A DNA stretch of 63,161 nucleotides, filler included, from Bdellovibrionota bacterium (lineage in GTDB: Bacteria; Bdellovibrionota; Bdellovibrionia; Bdellovibrionales; JAEYZS01): assembly GCA_963169515.1 (NCBI GenBank). It is 5 parts of 5 records of this genome, joined end to end, with 100 filler letters (N's around TTAATTAATTAA, not from the genome) between each part and the next. Parts side by side here need not be neighbours in the genome. Positions count along the whole stretch, not along the records: positions 49,454 to 58,942 come from CAUJEF010000010.1; positions 59,043 to 63,161 come from CAUJEF010000013.1; 3 more parts are not named here. The stretch is one strand, 5' to 3'. The notes under the pieces were generated by a model. That model ran no database searches and had not been told where the DNA came from. It was given only the letters and a program-made list of their open reading frames with translations. Both the position numbers and the translations under genes were made by a program. Positions 49,516-59,373 of the stretch are shown in pieces; position 1 is the stretch's first letter, and each line of letters opens with the position of its first letter.

Positions 49516-50568
49516 ATGAATCTCATCAGTATGCGGAGTCGCTTACTTGTTCTTTTTTGCTTTTTATTCGGCGCACTCTGGGGTTTTTATCGTAACGCCG
49601 TTAAGCAAACCAGCCCTCTGCAAGGCCACCTGAATCTATTGGTAATCGAAAACACAATCCCAGACGATGTCATCGAAGCTTTTCAGGCCGAAAGCCGAAT
49701 TCAGACCAAGGTCACTTATGTAAAAAATGAAATCGAATGTTTGAATACCCTGGATCTCAATGCAGAACAGTTCGATCTTGTAACACTTATGTCCCATCAA
49801 ATCAGTCGCCTAACCAACATCGGTAAGCTCACTCCCCTTCAGCATGAGCTTATCAGCAATGAACAATACATTTCGATCGACTTCAAACATCCTCCCTATG
49901 ACAGCGATAGTAAGTATACAATCCCCTTAATTTGGGGGATCAACGGTTATGTTCTTAATAAAGAGAAGGTTGAAGGCCACATCGATTCGCTCAATGACAT
50001 TTTTCAGAACAAATATAAAAAGAAGATTTATATACATAACTCTCCCCTTGATGTTTTTACAAACCTTTTTGGGCGGAATAAAATTACATGGAACACTGTA
50101 TTCCAAAGCAATATCGCGGACATCCAAAGCGCCGTTAAAGATTTAAAGGAATACGTTCGCGAACCCGTTTCAGATATAAAAGAACAACTTTTGTCTGGAG
50201 ACGTTTGGATTGCTCAAGTGGATAGCGGCGTCGCTTCTGATTTTATTTCAAATAATACAAAATTTAAATATTTGATTCCAAATGAGGGAGCCACTTTGTG
50301 GGCTTTAAGCCTTGCTATCCACGCCGGCACGGAAAATACCCGTGAAGCTCATGCATTTTTGAATTATGTTTTGAAAAAAGAAATATCTTATGACATTGCA
50401 AGGATTTCAAAACGCGCCGTAACCAATGTATTGGTTGAACAGACCAGGCTGCATCCGAATCTGAAGCCCTCATTTTTGCGAAATATTTCCGTGCACAATT
50501 TGCGCTATTTTGAAGATATGACTTCTGTCGATCCTAAAATTCAAAATCTATTTACTGTAGAGAAATAA
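49516..50568 (+). CDS. PotD/PotF-like polyamine ABC substrate-binding protein (divergent)
   Basis: IPDDVIEAFQ, YDSDSKYTIPLIWG, IPNEGATLW, AHAFLNYV. Confidence 0.78.
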   Translation: MNLISMRSRLLVLFCFLFGALWGFYRNAVKQTSPLQGHLNLLVIENTIPDDVIEAFQAESRIQTKVTYVKNEIECLNTLDLNAEQFDLVTLMSHQISRLTNIGKLTPLQHELISNEQYISIDFKHPPYDSDSKYTIPLIWGINGYVLNKEKVEGHIDSLNDIFQNKYKKKIYIHNSPLDVFTNLFGRNKITWNTVFQSNIADIQSAVKDLKEYVREPVSDIKEQLLSGDVWIAQVDSGVASDFISNNTKFKYLIPNEGATLWALSLAIHAGTENTREAHAFLNYVLKKEISYDIARISKRAVTNVLVEQTRLHPNLKPSFLRNISVHNLRYFEDMTSVDPKIQNLFTVEK

Positions 50569-50574
50569 TACTCA

Positions 50575-52599
50575 CTATCGTGCCGGAAAGGGAACGAAGT
50601 CTTCACTGCCCTTTGAATCTGTAGAGCCCGGAGCCACCTTTGTTTTATAGGTCTGAAAAGGTGTCGGAGTAAAATTTGTTTCCGATGCCAAGTTAATTTC
50701 AATCGGGTATAGTTGTTTGCGCTTTTCAAGATTGGCCGCAGCGGTCCCATACAGGCGCTTTGGATTTGAAGCCGTGTCATATACATTTTTAATGACACTA
50801 TCAAAGAATACGTTTGCGTTAGTGGCAATTTGAGTCGAATTAACAAGATTCGATACGACGTATCCCATGATTTGGTTCACATAAAATTGGGTGTAAGCCG
50901 AATTGAAATCCAATTGCCAATCACGATAGACACTACCACTGCCACCATAGATGTCATTTGCAGAACCTAAAAACCGACCTTTGTATAAATTAATTTGTCT
51001 AAAATAATTTGAAATCATCGAACAGGCAGTCGCGTCCCCAGTTGTCGACGTTGAAGCCGAAACGCAAGAACGGTTATCCCCTGTAAATCGAACGCCTTCT
51101 TGAATCCATTTTGAAACCCAATTATTTTTCCAATTGCCCACGTCAGTTGGATTTCCATCAAGCAATCCATGGTGTACCCAGTACCAGGAACACAGGGCCA
51201 GCCGCTGTGCCTGGCGATTGCTCGCACTGTAAGAGTTTACGCCATCGGTCCCCGAAATTCCCATAACCATATCGCTGTCCAGTCGCGTATCGCATCGTTT
51301 TGTTCCAAAGGCGATTTTTCCTATACGGTCAAAAAATGGAGTCGAAGGACCGTTGGGGGATACAACTTTAAACGTCGAAAAATCTTCGACCAGTTGCATA
51401 CGTTCGTAAATCCATAAACGGAACGGAAATGAAGCGCCCGTACCTAGTATTTTTGAAAAATCGTTGTTCGTTACACTCGAATCATCCCAGCTCATATTGA
51501 TCGCACGAAGCGTTTGTTTTTGTGCCTGCTTTAAAACATCGGCTGTCCAACCTTGTGATGTATCGACTCCATTAAATTTGAATGTGACTTGCTGCGGACT
51601 TTCAATCTTGAACGTCGAGGAGATGGTTGGATCGCGCTGAACAAGATACATTGTGAAGTCTCTTGAATTTACTGTTGCATCAGCACCAAGCAAACCGGGC
51701 CACGCCTGATCTTGTAAATAATTTAGTTGAATTGGGTTTACATAACGGAATAGCCCATTATATCCAAGCTCGGTGCCCTTTTGATAGATTGCTCCGTCAG
51801 CTGGGTTTAGAGGTCCACACACAACTGGCAATGGTTTTTGATGAGTAGCATCGTTTGGATCCGTAAACGCGAGACGGCCCGCACTGTCAGACACCCCGAC
51901 AGGTTTAATCAGAACGCCGATATCGTTATTAAGCACCGAGCCGCTCGAATACGTGCAATAACCGAAAAAGTCACTAATTTGAACATAACTGAACAAGCTT
52001 GAAAACACCCGCGTTCCATTCCACATATTTTCTGATCCACCATCGGCAAAGGAATTAAAAATAGGCGGCCGGATAGATTGCCGAACTGGAATTGATTGTA
52101 CAATTGAACCTCGCGGAGGATTGTATTCATTATCAAAGCTGTCAATTCCTGTAAGATCAATTTGAAGCTGCAGGACCTGATTCCGGCTTGGAGCACACAG
52201 TGAAGTATTGTTGTCGATTTCAATGTCACCGATGTACTGCCCTGCTTCGCATTTGGTATTTACTGTAAATATCTCACCATTTTGACAATCGTTTTCGCTG
52301 ATGAAATTTTCAATCAACTGAACTTTGATTCTATTTCTTCGAAAACCGCCGTCATTACAACTACCGCTTATTTTTAATGTGTATGGGGGTGTCCCAGAAT
52401 ATGGAATCAGCATATCGTTAGAACTTGCAGCAAGGGCAATGTTCAAATTGCGAACCTCCCCGACACCCGTATCTTCACACAGATAGCCTGTGCATTGACT
52501 GACGTACCAAGGATTACCTGTATGTGTTTGACTGCAATTTTGATAAACAAAGACAAGCAGGAATGGAAAAATAATCGAAATGAATTTTATAAATTTCAT
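50575..52599 (-). CDS. Large hypothetical lipoprotein
   Basis: Lipobox-like VYQNC; ISGSCNDGGF motif; many Cys residues. Confidence 0.7.
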   Translation of the reverse strand: MKFIKFISIIFPFLLVFVYQNCSQTHTGNPWYVSQCTGYLCEDTGVGEVRNLNIALAASSNDMLIPYSGTPPYTLKISGSCNDGGFRRNRIKVQLIENFISENDCQNGEIFTVNTKCEAGQYIGDIEIDNNTSLCAPSRNQVLQLQIDLTGIDSFDNEYNPPRGSIVQSIPVRQSIRPPIFNSFADGGSENMWNGTRVFSSLFSYVQISDFFGYCTYSSGSVLNNDIGVLIKPVGVSDSAGRLAFTDPNDATHQKPLPVVCGPLNPADGAIYQKGTELGYNGLFRYVNPIQLNYLQDQAWPGLLGADATVNSRDFTMYLVQRDPTISSTFKIESPQQVTFKFNGVDTSQGWTADVLKQAQKQTLRAINMSWDDSSVTNNDFSKILGTGASFPFRLWIYERMQLVEDFSTFKVVSPNGPSTPFFDRIGKIAFGTKRCDTRLDSDMVMGISGTDGVNSYSASNRQAQRLALCSWYWVHHGLLDGNPTDVGNWKNNWVSKWIQEGVRFTGDNRSCVSASTSTTGDATACSMISNYFRQINLYKGRFLGSANDIYGGSGSVYRDWQLDFNSAYTQFYVNQIMGYVVSNLVNSTQIATNANVFFDSVIKNVYDTASNPKRLYGTAAANLEKRKQLYPIEINLASETNFTPTPFQTYKTKVAPGSTDSKGSEDFVPFPAR

Positions 52600-52640
52600 C
52601 CGCTCCGGTCCCTTTTTTCGGCCCCTTTTGATACAAATAC

Positions 52641-52667
52641 ATATCGGTATATAAATGCCTCGGATTA
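52641..52667 (-). promoter_or_regulatory. Candidate sigma28 (FliA) promoter
   Basis: Minus strand TAAT-N15-ACCGATAT upstream of the lipoprotein gene. Confidence 0.5.
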
Positions 52668-52764
52668 AGACTTAGTGCTAAAAAAATAAGTGGCTTCTAC
52701 TATATGAGATCCTATAAGAAATGAATTGGCTTTCGCTATACGTGTATCATAAAAATACGGGGGT

Positions 52765-54243
52765 ATGATTTTTATGCTTTTTACGTTTTTTATCTCACTC
52801 ACGTTTTCTGCCGTTCCCAACTTTAGCTTTCATATCCCACAAGAACCCGCCTCGCTCAACCCCGCAACAATCAGCGGGATTGATCTTAAGTATTTTTACT
52901 CGAACTTGTATGAAGGCCTTTATCGATACGATGACGATTACGGGCTTGTCCCTGTTGGCGCCGCAGGCCCATGCACATATGACAAATCTACCTTAATTTG
53001 CAAACTTGCCAAAGTTTTGTGGAGTGATGGAACACCTGTCACAGCAGAGCATTATGTCCAGGCCTTTCGGTATCTGATCGACCCAAAAAACAAAAGCCGT
53101 GAGGCCGGGCAACTTCTCAGTTTAGAAAAATCTAGGGATATCCTTACCGGAAAAGCAAAACCTGAAGAACTGGGTGTCATCGCTATAAGCCCCACAGAGC
53201 TTCATTTTAAGTTTATTAAACCGGACTATGACTTCATTGCAAAATTAACTTCACCGGCACTAAGGCCGTGGAAAACCTTACCAGACAAAAAAAATTCTAT
53301 TACAAATGGACCTTATAAAATCAAAGATTGGATTCCGGGTCAGCGAATTCTGTTAGAAAAAAATCCGTACTACAAAATCAAAAATCCAAATACTCCAGAT
53401 GTCGAAATTTTCTTTTTTGCCGAAGATATAACTGCCGTGAATTTCTATGATATTGGAAAAATGACATTTCTTAGGCGTTTACCGACGGATCTGAAACTAA
53501 CTTATAAGGAAAAACCGGGCTATTTTGAATACTCGACAGCACTCCTGGATTACGTGGGGTTTGGTCCCGAACTGGCCCCATATCCTGAATTGCGAAAAGC
53601 TCTCGCCCTCAGCATGAATTTTCAAGAATTCGAAAAGCTCTTCGATTCTGCAAAGCGCCCTGGCTGCAGCGGTATCCCAAAAAAAATGGTTAGTGGCGAT
53701 GCTTGCATTGATTTTTCGCTCACAAAAAGCAAAGCGGCCCTGGAAAAGTTTAATAAAACAAATATTAAAGTAAAACTTTATCTTCTGTATGCAATGAGCG
53801 GCGATGATATTCGAAGGGGTTCTGAATGGATGCAAAACCAATGGAAGAAAAACCTGGGCTTAAATATTGAACTCCGTACTACGGAGCAAGGAATGTATGT
53901 TCAGACCCTCACCCACTCTCCCCCACCTATATTTAAAAAACTTTTGTCCCTAGACCGACCGACGTGCCTAGCCGCATTTGAAAGCTTTCGAACAGGTCAC
54001 CCAGACAACTATATCCAGCTTAAAAGTAAAAAATACGATGCTATCATTGATAAAATTGAAAGCTCTTCGAATCCGGTAGCACAAAAAAAATTGTGTGCCA
54101 AGGCCCTCAGTTTTTTAACACAAGACTACTGGATTATCCCCCAAGGTGCGTATCGGATTGGCGGTGTTGCCAATCCAAGATTCCATGGCTGGAAAATAAA
54201 CAGCATGAATCAGCTCGACCTTTCGAATCTAACATACCAATAA
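52765..54243 (+). CDS. Oligopeptide ABC substrate-binding protein (OppA-like, family 5)
   Basis: EPASLNP, LYEGLY, WSDGTPVTA, TNGPY, LEKNPYY, LRKAL, QWKKNLG. Confidence 0.88.
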   Translation: MIFMLFTFFISLTFSAVPNFSFHIPQEPASLNPATISGIDLKYFYSNLYEGLYRYDDDYGLVPVGAAGPCTYDKSTLICKLAKVLWSDGTPVTAEHYVQAFRYLIDPKNKSREAGQLLSLEKSRDILTGKAKPEELGVIAISPTELHFKFIKPDYDFIAKLTSPALRPWKTLPDKKNSITNGPYKIKDWIPGQRILLEKNPYYKIKNPNTPDVEIFFFAEDITAVNFYDIGKMTFLRRLPTDLKLTYKEKPGYFEYSTALLDYVGFGPELAPYPELRKALALSMNFQEFEKLFDSAKRPGCSGIPKKMVSGDACIDFSLTKSKAALEKFNKTNIKVKLYLLYAMSGDDIRRGSEWMQNQWKKNLGLNIELRTTEQGMYVQTLTHSPPPIFKKLLSLDRPTCLAAFESFRTGHPDNYIQLKSKKYDAIIDKIESSSNPVAQKKLCAKALSFLTQDYWIIPQGAYRIGGVANPRFHGWKINSMNQLDLSNLTYQ

Positions 54244-54296
54244 ACCGTAAAAGTTTTTTTCGCCGACTGCGTTGAAAAATAAAGAATGTTTTTTGC

Positions 54297-54323
54297 TAAA
54301 CTTAGGTCTTGTAACTCCGATAA
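54297..54323 (+). promoter_or_regulatory. Candidate sigma28 (FliA) promoter
   Basis: TAAA-N15-TCCGATAA against the consensus TAAA-N15-GCCGATAA. Confidence 0.65.
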
Positions 54324-54347
54324 GTATTGTATCAAAAGGAGAACGTT

Positions 54348-54575
54348 ATGTCGGAAAAACAAAAAGCACCAGCTCAGCAGTCGCAAGGTAAAGTTGTCGA
54401 GATGCCAAAAAAATGCACAGCAGAGGGCTGCAAAAACAAAGACGTCCGTATGAGCTTCTGTGAAGAGCACTTTCTCTGGTACAAAGAAGGTCTAATCACT
54501 TCTAAGGGCAAGCAAGTGAAGGATTTTGATAAGAAATTTCAATCCTTTATGCATCGAAAATCAAAAACAGCCTAG
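54348..54575 (+). CDS. Small hypothetical protein with a C-x4-C-x9-C-x2-H motif
   Basis: AAGGAG ribosome site, ATG at 54348; KKCTAEGCKNKDVRMSFCEEH. Confidence 0.75.
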   Translation: MSEKQKAPAQQSQGKVVEMPKKCTAEGCKNKDVRMSFCEEHFLWYKEGLITSKGKQVKDFDKKFQSFMHRKSKTA

Positions 54576-54664
54576 AGACTATTAATTTCCACCCTAAATC
54601 ATTAATATTCCGCATGATTTAAGACGATACAGTACGTAGCGGTTGCTATTGAAAAGGAATTAAT

Positions 54665-56326
54665 TTGCGCGCGCGTAAACTGCATGTCGTATCAGAAAAC
54701 GATAGTAATGAACTGCGTTCCTTGTTGGACGTCGGCAAAGCCCTGTCTTCAGAACATGAAACTGAAAAAATCCTCGACATGATTTTAGAAGAAGCCACCG
54801 GCAATACCCTGGCGGATGGGGGAAGCATTTATCTTATTGAAAAAGTACCGCAAGATAGCTTGGGGGGAACCCGACCTAAATTTAAATACATGCTTCGATT
54901 TCATAAAACCGAAAATAAAACGGTGAGTTACGTCCCTAAACGCAATCAATTGCTTGATATTGATAATTCCAGCGTCGCAGGTTACGTCGCACTCACCGGA
55001 AAATCTGTTCGCGTTCGAGATTGCTATGTTCTTGGCAAGGATTCACCGTTTGAGTTTAACGACGCCTTTGATCGCCAAACTGGTTACCGTACAAAATCCG
55101 TCCTGGCCGTCCCAATCAAAACCAACAAAGATAAAGTTGTCGGCGTTGTACAACTTGTGAACAAAGTAAAACCGTATCGTCGTCGTGGCGACCCTGAGTT
55201 GACGCCTAAAAATGTCAATCGCGTTCCGGAAAAGGATATCATCGCTTTTTCTGAACACGATGCCCGCTTAATGGAAGCATTTGCATCCCACGCAGCAGTC
55301 GCCCTTGAAAATGCAAAATTAACAGAAGACATCGAAAAGCTCTTTGATAGTTTTATTAAAGCGTCTGTTTCGGCGATTGAATCCAGGGACCCTTCAACGT
55401 CAGGCCATAGTGATCGCGTCGCTGCACTAACAATTAGCCTTGCCCAAAAAGTGGATTCAGTTCAAACAGGAATTTTAAAAGACGTTCGTTTTTCTCCGCA
55501 ACAAATTCGTGAATTACAATACGCAGCCTTGCTTCATGATTTTGGGAAAATCGGTGTGCGTGAACATATTCTTTTGAAATCAAAAAAACTGTTCCCCCAT
55601 GAACTTGAAACGGTTTTGTTGAGAATTGACACTATAAAATCAATTAACGAAGCCAGGCAATGGCGCCAAATGGCCGAAGAAATTTCAGAACAATTCAAAA
55701 ATGCTAAAACACAAGATCCACAAAATGAACTAGCAAAGGGGCTATGGAACATCGACCAGTTCAATCGAAAGCTCGATCAAATTAAAGATGCAATTTTAAA
55801 AGCAAACGAGTCGCAAGTTATGGATTTTGACTTAGATATCAAGAAGCTAATGGAGTCCATCGAACAAATGTCACGGCAGGTAAGCCAAGTAATTTTAACC
55901 ACACCGGAAAAGGAACGTCTGCTTATTGCTCGCGGAACACTCAGTAAAGACGAGCGCAAAGAAATTGAATCCCACGTAACACACACATTTAATTTTTTGA
56001 GCCAAATCGCATGGACCGATGATTTAGGTGGAATTCCAGAGATCGCACACTGCCACCATGAAAAGCTCAATGGCACAGGCTATCCCCGCCAATTAAAATC
56101 AGATCAGATACCCGTACAATCTCGAATGATGACCATTTGTGACATCTATGATGCGCTCACAGCAATGGATCGTCCCTATAAAAAAGCAGTCACGCCAGAA
56201 CGTGCCATCGAAATTCTTCACTATGAAATGAACGAAGGGAAATTGGATCCGCATCTTCTTAAAGTATTTGTTGAGGGGGAAGTTTTCCAAGTCGTGCATC
56301 CGCACATCAGAAAAAAAGCAGCCTAG
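54665..56326 (+). CDS. GAF + HD-GYP cyclic dinucleotide phosphodiesterase
   Basis: GAF domain (FDRQTGYRTKSVLAVP, QLVNK); TSGHSDRV, LLHDFGK, HHEKLNGTGYP, DIYDALT.DRPYK. Confidence 0.92.
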   Translation: MRARKLHVVSENDSNELRSLLDVGKALSSEHETEKILDMILEEATGNTLADGGSIYLIEKVPQDSLGGTRPKFKYMLRFHKTENKTVSYVPKRNQLLDIDNSSVAGYVALTGKSVRVRDCYVLGKDSPFEFNDAFDRQTGYRTKSVLAVPIKTNKDKVVGVVQLVNKVKPYRRRGDPELTPKNVNRVPEKDIIAFSEHDARLMEAFASHAAVALENAKLTEDIEKLFDSFIKASVSAIESRDPSTSGHSDRVAALTISLAQKVDSVQTGILKDVRFSPQQIRELQYAALLHDFGKIGVREHILLKSKKLFPHELETVLLRIDTIKSINEARQWRQMAEEISEQFKNAKTQDPQNELAKGLWNIDQFNRKLDQIKDAILKANESQVMDFDLDIKKLMESIEQMSRQVSQVILTTPEKERLLIARGTLSKDERKEIESHVTHTFNFLSQIAWTDDLGGIPEIAHCHHEKLNGTGYPRQLKSDQIPVQSRMMTICDIYDALTAMDRPYKKAVTPERAIEILHYEMNEGKLDPHLLKVFVEGEVFQVVHPHIRKKAA

Positions 56327-56328
56327 CC

Positions 56329-57444
56329 TTATCGATTTTCGACTTTTAATGTACCGAATGTTCTGTGGTTTTGGCCCGTATGAATTGCCCGCAGCCTTGC
56401 TATTTGTTCAATTCGACGTTCGGCCAGTCGATCTGCAGCAACATTGGTAGGGATATTTTCTTCTTTTGAAATTTGGAATACAGCGGTCGCGTTGTCAAAA
56501 ATAGTTTCTGTTTTGCTTAAAGCTCGTTTCTTAGAATAAGTTTCAAGTTCAACAAATACGTTCATCAATCCGCCTGCGTTCACAACATAGTCTGGCGCAT
56601 ACAATATGCCCAATTCTTTTAAAACCTGACCGTGTCGGGTTTCGGCCAATTGGTTGTTGGCTCCCCCGCAGATAATTTTTGCTTTCACCTTTGGGATTGT
56701 TTCGTCGTTTAAAATAGCTCCCAAAGCACACGGTGCTAAAACCTCACATTCGCTGAATAGAATTTTGTCTGTCGCGGCCACCTTTACATTAAATTCGGAT
56801 TCTGCTTTTTTGACTTTTTCTCCGTCCAAATCGGTCACGACAACTTCCGCACCATCCCCCACTAAATGGGCCAGTAGATGATATCCTACGTGCCCCAAAC
56901 CTTGGACAGCAACTCGCATTCCCTTTAAGGAATCTGCATTGAACTTTTCTTTTACAGAAGCTTTCATGCCCATAAATACGCCATGGGCTGTAAATGGGCT
57001 TGGATCACCCGATCCGCCAAGAGCCCGAGAGATACCCGTCACCCACGGGGTCTCTGTATAAACCCACTCCATATTTCTGACATCGGTTCCAACGTCTTCG
57101 GCAGTAATGTAGCGACCATTCATAGAATGGACATATTGACCAAAAGCCCGAAATAACGCCTCTGTCTTCTGAGTTTTTGGATTTCCGATAATGACAGCTT
57201 TGCCGCCGCCTAGGTTCAAGCCCGCAACGGCAGCTTTGTAGGTCATGCCTTTTGATAATCGAAGAACATCTATAAGAGCATCTTCGTCGGAAGTATAATT
57301 CCACATACGCGTTCCACCCAAGGCTGGGCCCAATGTTGTATTGTGAACTGCAATGATGGCTTTCAAGCCGACGTGCTTATTGTAACAAACAACGACCTCT
57401 TCATGCTCACCGTGTTTTTCAATTAGATCAAAAAGTTTGTACAC
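56329..57444 (-). CDS. Leucine (Glu/Leu/Phe/Val) dehydrogenase
   Basis: GPALGGTR, GMTYK, LGGGKAV, TAEDVG, SGDPSP, QGLGHVG, GGANNQL, PDYVVNAGG. Confidence 0.93.
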   Translation of the reverse strand: MYKLFDLIEKHGEHEEVVVCYNKHVGLKAIIAVHNTTLGPALGGTRMWNYTSDEDALIDVLRLSKGMTYKAAVAGLNLGGGKAVIIGNPKTQKTEALFRAFGQYVHSMNGRYITAEDVGTDVRNMEWVYTETPWVTGISRALGGSGDPSPFTAHGVFMGMKASVKEKFNADSLKGMRVAVQGLGHVGYHLLAHLVGDGAEVVVTDLDGEKVKKAESEFNVKVAATDKILFSECEVLAPCALGAILNDETIPKVKAKIICGGANNQLAETRHGQVLKELGILYAPDYVVNAGGLMNVFVELETYSKKRALSKTETIFDNATAVFQISKEENIPTNVAADRLAERRIEQIARLRAIHTGQNHRTFGTLKVENR

Positions 57445-57648
57445 GAAACGACCCCCCTCTGCCTCAAAGTGATGCAGTACAAGATTAAGCGTTGTCCTGG
57501 TTTACAATGGGTTGAAGAATAACCCTAAAAAGATTGAATTCAACTCTTTTTTTAGCGTGTTGAGGCCGCGTATTAAGATGAGACTTAACCTCAAGTAACC
57601 ACTGGACTTTGGCCGATAAGCTACTATCCAGAACGTGAGAGGTTTCAA

Positions 57649-58942
57649 ATGCGAAAACTAGTTCCTTTTTTATGCATAGTTATTTTGGGCTGCACACGAG
57701 AAGTTGAAACATCGACCCTTACCCTCACCCTTCCATCAGGAATGGAATCGCAGAATGTTTCTGCACAAAGTGCCGGAGATTGGAATACATCATTAAATCC
57801 TAGCGTGATTACCGATGTGAATTGCTATGCTGTTTTTGTCGGCGGGCCAGAACCTATGATGAATAGCAGCTCTTGCAGCTATTCACCAACAAATGAAGTG
57901 AAAATGCGCTTTGGCCGCTTTCGAGGTTTGATTCCTGGTGGTGGCACAGTTGAAATTGATGTCCCATCAGGGCCAAATAGAAAAATTTGGCTTGTGGGAC
58001 TAAAATCGCAAAATGGTGCCTGTACAGATTTTGGTATGGCAGCGGGGCCTGACAAAAATAATTTATCTGAGCCACACATCATTGCAGAAACAATCCGAAA
58101 CCTTCCCCCAGGACCTGTGAACGTAACGCTGACTCAAGCGCTCGACTTAAACAACAAATTTGACCAATGTACCATGATTGGTGGCGATGGCGGAGGCGGA
58201 CTTAATTTTGGAACGGGCATTGATGGGAATAGAAGCATCTCAATCCCTATATCCGATATCTCTGCGGATACTTCTGTTTTTGCATCCTCACGTTATTTCT
58301 CTGATTCAAGTAGAATTATTAATGTAGACACAATAACAGGCAGAACATTGACTCTTGACAATACATTTTCATTGACGTCTTTTTCTGTCGGCGATGAAGT
58401 AATGTGGATCGTAAATGCGGCCGGCGACAACCCCAATGATAACGGGGTCCTGCCAGGGTCAGACTCAGTTTGCTCTGGAAGTGCTGATGGCCTTCATCGT
58501 GGCCGTCATGGGTTTGCCACTGTTACGTCTATTGCTTCACCACAAATCACGATCAGCAATCCTGTTTATGGTTACCCTACGATTAATAACACAGCACTCG
58601 CACGAATAGAGACAAACCAAAGCACTTATGATTTCTGCAAAATGCAATTAATACGCGTACCAAATTTCCAAGACCTTACGGTGACGGCGACGTCGTCCCT
58701 TGGTGTTCCCCCGTACTCGCTCAGTTCCGGCGTGGGGGGATTTGCTGTGATAAAAGTAAACGGCACATTAACATTAACCGCAGACCTTACAGTCAATGCC
58801 ACTGCGAAAGGCTTTCCGGGTGGAAGCGCTGGATCCTTCGCCGGACAGGGACATTCGTCGCAAGGCTCTGGAACCGCCGCCACCGCAAGCAACGACACCG
58901 GTGGTGGTGGTGGAGCCATGTCCACAACTCATGCCGGCGGTG
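57649..58942 (+). CDS. Lipoprotein with a C-terminal glycine-rich region (3' truncated)
   Basis: Lipobox ILGC; VPSGPNR motif; QLIRVPNF; KGFPGG start of Gly-rich repeats. Confidence 0.7.
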
Positions 58943-59042
58943 NNNNNNNNNNNNNNNNNNNNNNNNNNNNNNNNNNNNNNNNNNNNTTAATTAATTAANN
59001 NNNNNNNNNNNNNNNNNNNNNNNNNNNNNNNNNNNNNNNNNN
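58943..59042. other. Artificial contig linker
   Basis: N44-TTAATTAATTAA-N44. Confidence 0.98.
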
Positions 59043-59373
59043 TGCAAAAGTATAGCTACAGCAGCAAGGGTTCTGCATTTCATAAAAAAGTCGTTCCTCT
59101 GAAAATGTTATTGTTTGGCTCTTGTGCGAATGGTTGTACCACTGTTACAGTAGACTTTAAAAATGAAATGCGAAATTGGAAAAAAGTTTCTGTTGAACTT
59201 CTTAACGGCTTGGAAAAATTTCCTTAGAGCTCATATATTCGTTATAAAGGGTATTTTACAAGAAAGTACGACCAATATTCCATATGTTGCAATTTCCTGA
59301 GATATCTGGGAAAATTAATCCAATGATCAGTCGTTATTCATCTAAAAATACCATGACATTTTAATCCATAATA

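Noticed and set aside
54665..56326. HD-GYP protein as a cGAMP-specific phosphodiesterase
   Set aside because: It keeps the canonical RxxK motif (RPYK) associated with c-di-GMP substrates; nothing in the sequence points to altered specificity
59043..59373. T-box or other RNA leader upstream of thrS
   Set aside because: No T-box consensus or terminator is visible; the first ~185 bp look like the open 3' end of a truncated unknown ORF
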